64,000 nt of DNA from Reclinomonas americana ATCC 50394 (lineage: Eukaryota), in the NCBI GenBank assembly GCA_048213135.1, contig PS015285.1, positions 8,904 to 72,903 on the forward strand, read 5' to 3'. Under the pieces are notes generated by a model. It saw nothing but the letters and a program-made list of their open reading frames with translations, was not told the origin of the DNA and made no database searches. Of the stretch, positions 12,701 to 23,086 are shown piece after piece. Both the position numbers and the translations under genes were made by a program. Positions within the stretch are counted from its first letter, which is position 1; each line of letters begins with the position of its first letter.

Positions 12701-14301
12701 TGCTGCGGGGTGGCGATGGATCAAGAAAACAGCAAACATTAGCACTGGGCGACAAACAACGGCAATTTCATGCACTTGTTGCTTACTCACGTGACCTACA
12801 AAAGTGCAGGATGAGCAACACGGAAAACAGCGCAAGAGATCAGCACACAAACAACAAACCTCGCCGAGAGCACGGCCCTCCTTGCGGTAGCTGCACACAA
12901 AATCAATGTGAGCACAAGCACCACGACTCGTCTACTTTCTCACGCAACAAGTGGCGCAACTAGGCAATCAAACCGACACCACCGGCCTGGGCAGTCTCCA
13001 CGCACTTCTCAATGGCAAACGTCAGGTACGGACTGCATTAAAAAGAAACGAGCTCGTGAGTGCAGATGGAAAAGAAAAGAGACGGTCACCAGGCCGACGA
13101 CGCACCGGCACGTGCAAATATCCGTGCCCATCACTACGCCGCGGAAAGCCACAGTGAGACATCATACGAACGACAAGCAAGTAGGGCAACTGCGAAAGAG
13201 CCAGCGAACCGTCACTTCCTGCGAAATGAACAAACCGGGTGAGCAACTCATTGTATGGTGAATCAAGGGAGGCTCTAGTGCTCTACGCAACCACTGCACT
13301 CGTCATGCGGGNNNNNNNNNNNNNNNNNNNNCACACACACACTTGTGCACGTAGCCGCGTCGCTCGGCCTCCTCGTGCTGTGCGGCGCATGCCAGTGAGT
13401 GGCTGCGCGCGCCTGCGGCCAATGCCAACGCGCTGCCTGAGCCGCTGCCTGTGATCAATGTCGACTGGGCGTCGGTGCACAAGCAGTTGGATGGCGACGA
13501 GGGTGTGGTTGGCTCGTACGGAGGCGACCACGCTGTGTATCATGCAGTGGTGGAGGCCAAGACCGGTCGCCAGCTGCATCGTCTCAAGTCGGGGCACATG
13601 CAGCAAAAGACCGATGAGTGGCGCATCCCCGAGCTCATGTATCACCTCGAGCAGAAGGAGGTGCGCGCCCTGTGGCCCTCCATTTGCTCGCTGGACCCGC
13701 TGGGCTTTGATGCCGTGCGCCCCACTGCCAGCGCCACCCCTGCTCGCATGGAGGTGTGTCTCTTTCTTTGTGGGAGTGAGAGTTCCGTGAGCTTCCCAAG
13801 TCCTCATTGTGTGAGCTAGATCCCGGAGCTGGTGCCGAAGCTGCGCCGTGATGGCAAGATCGTTGCGCGGGGATCCATGCATGCCTCGCTGAGAGCATGC
13901 ATTTGACTGTCTTGTGTTTACAGGTCGCCGATGATGGTTTCATCAACATTTTCAAGATTGCCATTGACCCTGTGTGGCACCTGAGCTCCATGGCTCAGCG
14001 CCTCAGCGTGTCCGAGCAAGACCTGCGCCAGCGCTTGTCTGAGTGGACGCAGAACCCGGGTCTGTTGGACAAGAAGAACAAGATCTTCCTGCCGCCGATT
14101 GGTGGCACCACTGTGTATGTGATTGGCGACCTCAAGGCCATCTACGATCCCAAGGGTCTGGTGGCGTGCCGNNNNNNNNNNNNNNNNNNNNAGACATTTT
14201 CCACAAACACAAAACACACAAACGCAAAACAAAAAAACGCATTCCGCGTGCGTGCGTACCAGCGTGGCCCAGCTACGCAGCATCGACTGCGCAAACAACA
14301 T
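9720..14301 (-). CDS. URC1-URC4: Urc1-Urc4 fusion protein (GTP cyclohydrolase II-like Urc1/Urg1 + Urc4/Urg3 DUF1688), uracil catabolism
   Basis: Urc1 part: RPHDECSGSDVMGTDICTCRPYL..YYRKEGRALGEVTKFRVYNSR..YFQQTENIAGVVDARVQELMPDPLLWLG..EISAKIASGY. It continues in frame into Urc4: IPLHSRFRQFEAGG, SVLTDAGAGAKW, RSEGLGIAS, VPFHKLTQWVTYSLLE, LTGLPEYRNGGLF, VVEWRALTI, LLEGGTWAAGR, KIASTGDVF* (TAA at 9720-9722). Proposed exon 1 is 14260-14301; the next exons lie in the inverted contig 13332-14171. Confidence 0.9.
13355..14171 (+). CDS. N-terminal (GTP_CH_N-like) exons of the Urc1-Urc4 gene on an inverted contig
   Basis: VVGSYGGDHAVYHAV..ICSLDPLG..RPTASATPARME|IPEL..LRRDGKI|..KIAIDPVWHL..AQRLSVSEQDLRQRLSEWT..IFLPPIGGTTVYVIGD..VAC, which matches the Urc1 N-terminal domain. 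Bounded by 20-N gaps on both sides and opposite in strand to the rest of the gene. Confidence 0.88.
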
Positions 14302-14372
14302 TCGCGCAAGAGAGCGTGCGCGAGGGGGGAAAAAGCGCGCCAAAGATGCGCAAATTCATTTGTGAGCACTTG

Positions 14373-15558
14373 ATGATTGCGTTGCGCAGACTGTTCTCTT
14401 CTTCGGCCTCAAAAGCCCGCCCGTTTGTCATTGGCATTGCGGGAGGCACTGCCAGCGGGTGCGTCCTTTCCTCCATGCCTTCTTTGTTATGCATTTTTTG
14501 TGTGTTGAGTGTGATCATCATGCAGGAAAACAACAGTGGCCAATCGCGTGCGTCTTTTTTTCCTCACACTCTGTCTCACACGCTCACTCGCTCACTCATT
14601 GTTTGGTATTGTGTGTGTGTGCAGTTGGTCAAGCTGCTGTCTGCTGACGTTCCATGCGTGGTGGTCACCCAAGACCATTTCTACAAGGATTTGTCGCCGG
14701 AACAACACATTCAAGTGCGTTTCCCAATCACTCCCCTCATTCACCCTCACCTCCTCTCCCTCACTCTCGCGTTCAGGCATCAGCGGAACTGTACAATTTC
14801 GACTGCCCTGGTGCGCCCTCTCTCTCTCTTGGTCTTGTCTCCCTCCCTCTGGTGACCTTCTTCTGTGTGCAGCTGCGTTTGATCACGATGGCATTCTCGA
14901 CACACTGAGCAAGCTGCGTGCGCGGAAGAGCGTCGAGCTGGTGCCGTGGGATTACAAATCGCAGTTGCGACAGAGCTGTCTGTTTTTTTCCGTGTCTCTG
15001 TTGCCTGAGCCTTATCATGGTGGTGGTGGTGACAGCACGCACAAGGGCACACCCGACGTGTTGAAGCCGGCCGAAGTGGTGGTGTTTGAGGGCATTTTGG
15101 CGTTGCATGATCCGCGGGCACGAGAGCTCATGGATCTCAAGGGTGGGTCTCTTGCCGGACCGCCATTGTTAACATTGCTGACCCTCGATTGTAGTGTTTG
15201 TCGACTGCGATGCGGAGACGCGGCTGTCTCGTCGAGGTGTGTCATGATTAGGAGGGAAAAGGCTGAGCAGCAGGCGTGCTCACTGTACGCATGGCAACAG
15301 TGATTCGTGACATTGCGGAGCGTGGACGGGATCTGCGCATGGTGATTCAGCAGTACGAGCGCACGGTCAAGCCGTCGTTTGATCAGTACATTGCGCCGCT
15401 GAAGCAGCATGCCGATGTCGTCATTCCGTGGGACCGATACAATGATGGTGCGTAGTCGCGCGATCCTGTGAACGCAAGTTGCTCACTTGTCTGCCACCGC
15501 AGTGGCTCTGGTTCTCCTGTACAATCACATTCGCCAGCACATGACCCACCGCGACTGA
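14373..15558 (+). CDS. UCK: Uridine(-cytidine) kinase, single domain, with presequence-like N-terminus
   Basis: [118 protein letters not shown]. No UPRT domain. Confidence 0.93.
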
Positions 15559-15897
15559 GCCCTCGCCACCGCCACCGCCACCGTGCTCCCGCCTTTGCGC
15601 CGCCCGNNNNNNNNNNNNNNNNNNNNNNNNNNNNNNNNNNNNNNNNNNNNNNNNNNNNNNNNNNNNNNNNNNNNNNNCTGCCGCCCCCTGAGGACCCCCC
15701 AATATTTCTGCATCCAGGGGACGTCGCAGACTGTCGGTGTGATGGACCATTAAAACTAATACGCGCGGTGCGCGGTTTTGTGTTTCTCTTTTACCAGCGA
15801 TTCACCAGGGACAGGGGAAAAAAGACAAGAGCAGAAAAACCCACCACACACGCATTGTGGTCGCAGAAGCAAACAATGATGGGGGCAAGGTCGCAGC

Positions 15898-18800
15898 TTA
15901 ATATGACCGCGCAATGTATGCCATGCAGGTCGCTGGGCGGCCAGTCACGGCGCACACGGCTCCCTCAGGCACCGGCTCGTTGGGGATGAAGCCACGCAGC
16001 TCACCGCCGCATGCCTCGTGAATGACGGCCTTGTCAACCTCCTGGCCATCGGGGCCGTTGGTGAAGAAGGGAATGCGAGCAAAGCCACCCTTGTCGCGCA
16101 CGGCCACCACAATCTCCTCGAGGCTGTGGCACGTGGTCACGCGCTCCTCCAGGAACTGGCGTGCCTTCTCGCGCAGATCCGCGTCCTGCTGCTCGAGAGT
16201 CTCCTGCACCTTGGAGACCTGCACGCAAGCGAGTGAGATAATCAGAGTCGCAGGAGCGAGAGAGAGACAACAAATGACAGCACACGCACCGTCTCGGCCA
16301 CCGGGGCCATGATCTTTGCGCGGTCCAGTCGTCGCACCAGGCACACCTGGCCGCCCTCCACATCACGCGGTCCAATCTCCATGCGAATGGGCACACCCTT
16401 CATCTCCCAGTAGTTGTACCTGGACGGTGGTTCCGTGTCAGCATTCTTCTCATCTCATCCACAGCATCTTTGTCGTGATTGCGCAACTTCTCGCCAGGCT
16501 TCTTGTCGGCATCGTCCACAAACACACGGACGCCGGCAGCGCGCAGCTCGGCCGCCGCACGGTGAGCGGCGTCGACGACCAGATCACGCTTGTTCTTCAT
16601 GACAATCGGCACAATGACCACCTGGATCTTGGCAATCTTGGACGGCAGCACCAGACCCTTGTTGTCGCCGTGCTGCGCAATGCACGAGGCCAACATGCGC
16701 GTCGACACGCCATAGCACGTCATGTAGGCGTATTCCAACTCGTTGCGGCCGTTGAGGAACTGGATGTTGAAGGGGCGCGCAAACTTCTGGCCCAGGTAGT
16801 GAGCGCCGACCGATTGCAGCACCTGCACGCNNNNNNNNNNNNNNNNNNNNNNNNNNNNNNNNNNNNNNNNNNNNNNNNNNNNNNNNNNNNNNNNNNNNNN
16901 NNNNNNNNNNNNNNNNNNNNNNNNNNNNNNNNNNNNNNNNNNNNNNNNNNNNNNNNNNNNNNNNNNNNNNNNNNNNNNNNNNNNNNNNNNNNNNNNNNNN
17001 NNNNNNNNNNNNNNNNNNNNNNNNNNNNNNNNNNNNNNNNNNNNNNNNNNNNNNNNNNNNNNNNNNNNNNNNNNNNNNNNNNNNNNNNNNNNNNNNNNNN
17101 NNNNNNNNNNNNNNNNNNNNNNNNNNNNNNNNNNNNNNNNNNNNNNNNNNNNNNNNNNNNNNNNNNNNNNNNNNNNNNNNNNNNNNNNNNNNNNNNNNNN
17201 NNNNNNNNNNNNNNNNNNNNNNNNNNNNNNNNNNNNNNNNNNNNNNNNNNNNNNNNNNNNNNNNNNNNNNNNNNNNNNNNNNNNNNNNNNNNNNNNNNNN
17301 NNNNNNNNNNNNNNNNNNNNNNNNNNNNNNNNNNNNNNNNNNNNNNNNNNNNNNNNNNNNNNNNNNNNNNNNNNNNNNNNNNNNNNNNNNNNNNNNNNNN
17401 NNNNNNNNNNNNNNNNNNNNNNNNNNNNNNNNNNNNNNNNNNNNNNNNNNNNNNNNNNNNNNNNNNNNNNNNNNNNNNNNNNNNNNNNNNNNNNNNNNNN
17501 NNNNNNNNNNNNNNNNNNNNNNNNNNNNNNNNNNNNNNNNNNNNNNNNNNNNNNNNNNNNNNNNNNNNNNNNNNNNNNNNNNNNNNNNNNNNNNNNNNNN
17601 NNNNNNNNNNNNNNNNNNNNNNNNNNNNNNNNNNNNNNNNNNNNNNNNNNNNNNNNNNNNNNNNNNNNNNNNNNNNNNNNNNNNNNNNNNNNNNNNNNNN
17701 ACACACGCACACGCACAACAATCCCGCGAATCGAGTGAGTAGGCTGTACACGGTGGTAGCAGTGCGACATAAGAGATTGGAAAGCACACCTTGCCCGACG
17801 GCAGAATGCAATCCAGCACGTCCGTGTGCTCGGCACCGGCAAACTGGTCCCACACAGGCCTTCGCAGGCGCAGGCCGTGCACGCCGAGGCAGTCGCGAAT
17901 CACATACATGTAGGCATCCCATGCACGCTCCAAATTGTCGATTGCCTCCTCCTGCGTAGCGTGACATGTGTGCGCCTCGTTCCAGTGAATCTCGCGGGCA
18001 CGGATCAGCGGCATCGTGTCCTTGGTCTCGTAGCGGTACACGGCGCATGTTTGGTGCACCTGTCGATGAATGTGCGCAATGTGAGAAACAGACGAGTAGG
18101 GCAAGTGAGACCGGGGGGGGAAACCAGCGGTCACACACCTTGATGGGCAGGTCGCGGAACGACTGCACCCACTTGGAGAAGAGCGAGTACATGGCGGTCT
18201 CCGACGTGGGGCGCACAGCAGCTGGCGCCTCCAGGTCCTTGTCACCACCCTTGGTCACCCAAAAGACCTCCTTGGAGAAGCTGGCCAGGCGAGACACACA
18301 ATGAGCGACGCTGCACGACGACAACAACAACAAGAACAACCAGACAAGACGCACCCGGCAATGTGGTCGGCCTCACGCTCCAAAAACTCCATCGGAATGA
18401 GCACAGGGAATTGCACCTGGCGAGGAGGTGAGCACGGGGCAGGGAAGGGAGAAAAGTGAGAGACTGCAGCACACCTTGTCAATGTTCTGCTCCGACCAGC
18501 ACTTCTCCAAAATGTTCATAATCTCATTGTGCATGAAGAAGCCGTACGCAGTGAACACGGGCATGCCCTTGACCGGGTACCGCTTGTCCATGATATCTAC
18601 CAAGAGACCGTGATGAGGAGGAGGCACAGGTAAGGAAGCGCGATTCCTCAATCACACACACACACCAGCCATGCGCTGCGCACACACCATCAATCAATGC
18701 GTCAGTCACGCAAGCATCGCAGACGCAGACGCAAAGCAACGAGGCAGGCTCTCACCAGAATGTTGTCGTACCACGTGGGGAAGTCATTCAGCTTGTCATA

Positions 18801-19080
18801 GTCAAAGTGCGACTCCTCCAACTGTTGCGCTGCGAGTGGGAGGTGAGACAGATGCGACATTTCCACCACCACCCCTTCCCCCATCAAAGTGCAAAAACTC
18901 ACATTGCGCTGCAGCACCGCTCGACGCCTCTCCACCAGCAGCAGCAGCACCACTGCCGCCAGCCGCTGCCGCCTTGGGCTTCTTCTCCCTTCCGGACTTC
19001 TTGGGCTTGGCCTGCTCAGGAGCCGCCGCCGCCGCCTCTGCAGCCACCACCGCCTTGCCTGCCTCCTGTTCACTTGACAT
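15898..19080 (-). CDS. proS: Prolyl-tRNA synthetase, archaeal-type
   Basis: WYDNILRMADIMDKRYPVKGMPV, RPTSETAMY, YRYETKDTMPLIRAREIHWNEAHT, LQSVGAHYLGQKFA, TCYGVSTR, HGDNKGLVLP, WEMKGVPIRMEIGPRD, C-terminal YIARSY*. The 870-N gap lies inside an intron (LPSGK|VLQSVG is contiguous). Confidence 0.95.
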
Positions 19081-19542
19081 GCTGCACACACACACACACG
19101 CGCGACTGTGAGCGTCCGACCAACAGAGAGACAAGTGCAAGATGCTCAAACACGACAACACATCACAGTGACGCAGAGAGCGAGAGACAGACAACACAAA
19201 GACGGAGAGAGAGATGTGGGGCGCACTGTGCATGCTGCTGCTCACGGGGCGCAGCACCGCGGACCGCCTCATGTGCAAGCGCCATGAGCACGGGCGCCAA
19301 GCCCACAATCACCGCCGCAGACGCCTCCAACACATCACGCGATGACATATCACCACACAGACAGACACACACGCACGCACGCCACAAAGAGAAGGAAGAA
19401 AGGGACGAAGATGGTTTCCGCGTACCTTGCGCTTGCAAATTTCCGTGCATGTTCGTCGATCGGCCAATCGGACACACTTTCACCGCCAACGTAACGTTCA
19501 TATTGCCCTTTTTTTGTGAGCGAGTGAGTGTTTGTTGGCATC

Positions 19543-22500
19543 ATGAGCGCCGAGTGTGTCCGCGTCATTGTCCGGTGAGTTGCTCTCTTTGTGTGTGTGT
19601 GTGCGCGCGCGCGTTGGTGGTGTTGTTTGCTCACTTGTCTCTCTCGCAGATGCCGACCCATGTCGGATAAGGTTCTCTCTCGCTCTCTTGTGTGTGTGTC
19701 TGCGTGTGTGTGCGTGCTGACCTGCGTGTGTGCGTGCGTGTCTGCGACAAACAGGAATTCGCAAAGGGTGCGTGATCAAACAAATTGTCTGTGTTTGTGT
19801 GTCTGTGCCCGTGCATGCGCGTGTATGCATGACAAGAGAGCGTGAACTGACTGGTATTCTTCTTCTACTTCTTCTTCGACGCTCAGGATGCCAGCGCATT
19901 GTGGAGATGAACGACGCGGTGTGTGCTCGCTCAACCTCCTCCTCCTCCTCCTTCTCCCCTCTCTCCCTCCTGTTCCTCTCACTCTCTCTCTCTCTGTCTC
20001 TCTCCACCTCTCCCTCTTTTCTCGGTGTCGTGATACTTGCATGTGTGTTTTTGCGTGTGGTCGTTGACATCCTCCTCATTTTCTGCGGAGACGGACTCCG
20101 ACCGATTTCGCTCATTGCTCTCGTCCGTCGCAGACCAATGAGGTCTACGTCACCAATCCCAAGGTGTGTGTGTGCGCGCGCGCATGCTCAGAGTACTGTG
20201 TGTGTTTTTTCAGAAAAAGGGGTGTTGACTCCGATTATTTCCGTCGCAGGAACTGACCGAGTTGCCGAAAGTGTTCACCTTTGATCGCGTCTACGACTGG
20301 GAGTTGCGTATTGAGCTTTTGTGTCTTGTGTCGCCGCTGCTCTCTCGGCGGAGCCTGACATGGTGCCTTCCCGTGTCAGGTCGCGACAGCGTGTCGTGTT
20401 CGACGAGACGGCGCGTCCGATTGTGGAGAGCGTGTTCGAGGGCTACAATGGCACGATTTTCGCGTACGGCCAAACAGGTGCCGGTAAGACGTACACCATG
20501 GAGGGCACGGCTGGCGATCCCGAGGAGGCCGGTATCATTCCCAACACGTTCCAGTGGATTTTCGATCGGATCTCGAATCAGTCGGAGGAGAAGCAGTTCT
20601 TGGTGCGCGCCTCGTACCTCGAAATCTACAACGAGGACATTCGCGACCTGCTCAGCCCCAACACCGAGGCTCGCCTCGAGCTCAAGGAGAGTGCCGAGAA
20701 GGGCATCTTTGTCAAGGTCTCGTCTTGTTTTGTTCATCGTGACGCGGTTTTGTCACGTTTGCTCACCCAAGCGCAGGATCTGAAAACGGTGGTGGTCACC
20801 AACGAGGACGAGATGCAGCAGGTGCTGCGCACCGGCAAGAAGAACCGCAAGGTCGGCGCCACGGCCATGAATGCCACATCGTCACGGTCGCACGCCATCT
20901 TCACCGTGTGCATTGAGGTGTCGGAGAAGGGCGAGGACGGCCAGCAGCACATTCGCATGGGCAAGCTGAACCTGGTCGATTTGGCCGGTTCCGAGCGTGC
21001 CTCCAAGACACAGGCCACCGGCACGCGTCTGCAGGAGGGCTGCAAGATCAATCTGTCGCTGTCGGCTCTCGGCAATGTCATTTCCGCTCTGGTCGACAAG
21101 AAGGCGCTGCACGTGCCGTATCGTGACTCGAAGCTCACTCGTCTCCTGCAAGACTCGCTGGGCGGCAACACCAAGACCTGCATGTTTGCCAACATGGGAC
21201 CCGCCGACTACAACTACGAGGAGACCATGAGCACACTGCGCTACGCCAACCGCGCCAAGCAGATTCAGAACAAGCCCAAGGTGCTCTATTTAACACACCT
21301 CCTCTTTTTTTTCTGAGTGTGTGTGTATCTGACACTCGTTCCACCTTNNNNNNNNNNNNNNNNNNNNNNNNNNNNNNNNNNNNNNNNNNNNNNNNNNNNN
21401 NNNNNNNNNNNNNNNNNNNNNNNNNNNNNNNNNNNNNNNNNNNNNNNNNNNNNNNNNNNNNNNNNNNNNNNNNNNNNNNNNNNNNNNNNNNNNNNNNNNN
21501 NNNNNNNNNNNNNNNNNNNNNNNNNNNNNNNNNNNNNNNNNNNNNNNNNNNNNNNNNNNNNNNNNNNNNNNNNNNNNNNNNNNNNNNNNNNNNNNNNNNN
21601 NNNNNNNNNNNNNNNNNNNNNNNNNNNNNNNNNNNNNNNNNNNNNNNNNNNNNNNNNNNNNNNNNNNNNNNNNNNNNNNNNNNNNNNNNNNNNNNNNNNN
21701 NNNNNNNNNNNNNNNNNNNNNNNNNNNNNNNNNNNNNNNNNNNNNNNNNNNNNNNNNNNNNNNNNNNNNNNNNNNNNNNNNNNNNNNNNNNNNNNNNNNN
21801 NNNNNNNNNNNNNNNNNNNNNNNNNNNNNNNNNNNNNNNNNNNNNNNNNNNNNNNNNNNNNNNNNNNNNNNNNNNNNNNNNNNNNNNNNNNNNNNNNNNN
21901 NNNNNNNNNNNNNNNNNNNNNNNNNNNNNNNNNNNNNNNNNNNNNNNNNNNNNNNNNNNNNNNNNNNNNNNNNNNNNNNNNNNNNNNNNNNNNNNNNNNN
22001 NNNNNNNNNNNNNNNNNNNNNNNNNNNNNNNNNNNNNNNNNNNNNNNCATGTTCCACAGCGTGAGGAAGCTCGTCTGCGCCAGGAACTGGAGGAGCAGGA
22101 GCTGGACCGCATGAACTTTGAGGAGCAGTATTCTTCGCTGGCCGAGAAGGCCGAGCAGCTGGAGAAGAAGCTGAAGCTGGCACTCACCAAGTACAAGAAG
22201 CTGAAGGCCGAGCGCAGCGACGTGATGGAGGAGTTCAACCGCGATCGCGAGGACATGCTCGACACCATCCGCATGCACGAGAAAGAGCTGATGCTGAAGG
22301 ATTTGATTATCGAAAACTTTATCCCGCCAGAGGAGGTCCAAAAGGTGCGTGCGAGCCGTCAGCATCACGCCGAGGTACACTTATGTGATTGATACTCAAC
22401 CCCACCCACGCGCAGATCGAGTCGCGCGCCGAGTGGGACGAAATCGAGGGCGTGTGGCGCCTGAAGCACATTGAGCTGGCCGGCAACAACATGCTGAGCC

Positions 22501-22970
22501 GCGTTCGTCGACCGATTTCGGCTGCCAACGCACGGCGACCCATGTCGGAGCACGCCAAGATGGCGTCCATGACTGGCGATCCGCGGTATCGCTCAGAGGA
22601 CATTCTCAATCTGGGACTGGACATGCCCGAGCGCAGCACACAAGACTACGAGGATGTGCTCCAGCAAATGTACACGGGTGTGGACGATGGCACATTCCAC
22701 CAGGCTGCTGGGTACGTTTCGCAATCATCCTGCCCCCACCCCCACCTCTCTTCCTTTATGGCTGACCCACTGTTNNNNNNNNNNNNNNNNNNNNGTGAAA
22801 CGCACAGCATGCCGAATGTGTACTACTCGTACAAGCCGACTGATTCGAGCCTGGCGCGGCCGCGCTCGCAGAAGAAGAAGAAGTCGGCACGCAAGGAGAC
22901 ACCACCGACCGCCGCCGAAGCCTTCCCGCAATCACGTGGCCTCGTGTCGTCCTCGAAGCGTTTTATCTGA
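19543..22970 (+). CDS. KIF3B: Kinesin-2 motor subunit (KIF3B/FLA8-like; intraflagellar transport)
   Basis: [14 protein letters not shown].., [52 protein letters not shown]; coiled-coil stalk; tail [38 protein letters not shown]. The middle is lost in a gap. Confidence 0.88.
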
Positions 22971-23086
22971 GGGCGCGCCGAGTGCACCACCACCACGAGC
23001 GCAGACACATTCCACGCAACGAGAAGCAGAAGAACAAGAAGAGGGAAAAGCGAAGCAAATGTATGTACCAGAAAGAGCTGTTTGGT

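Noticed and set aside
9720-14301. Riboflavin-pathway GTP cyclohydrolase II (RibA)
   Set aside because: The long N-terminal domain, the KEGRALGEVTK motif and the fusion to Urc4 indicate the Urc1/Urg1 subfamily.
409-22392. Long ORFs containing runs of X
   Set aside because: Artefacts of translating through N gaps.
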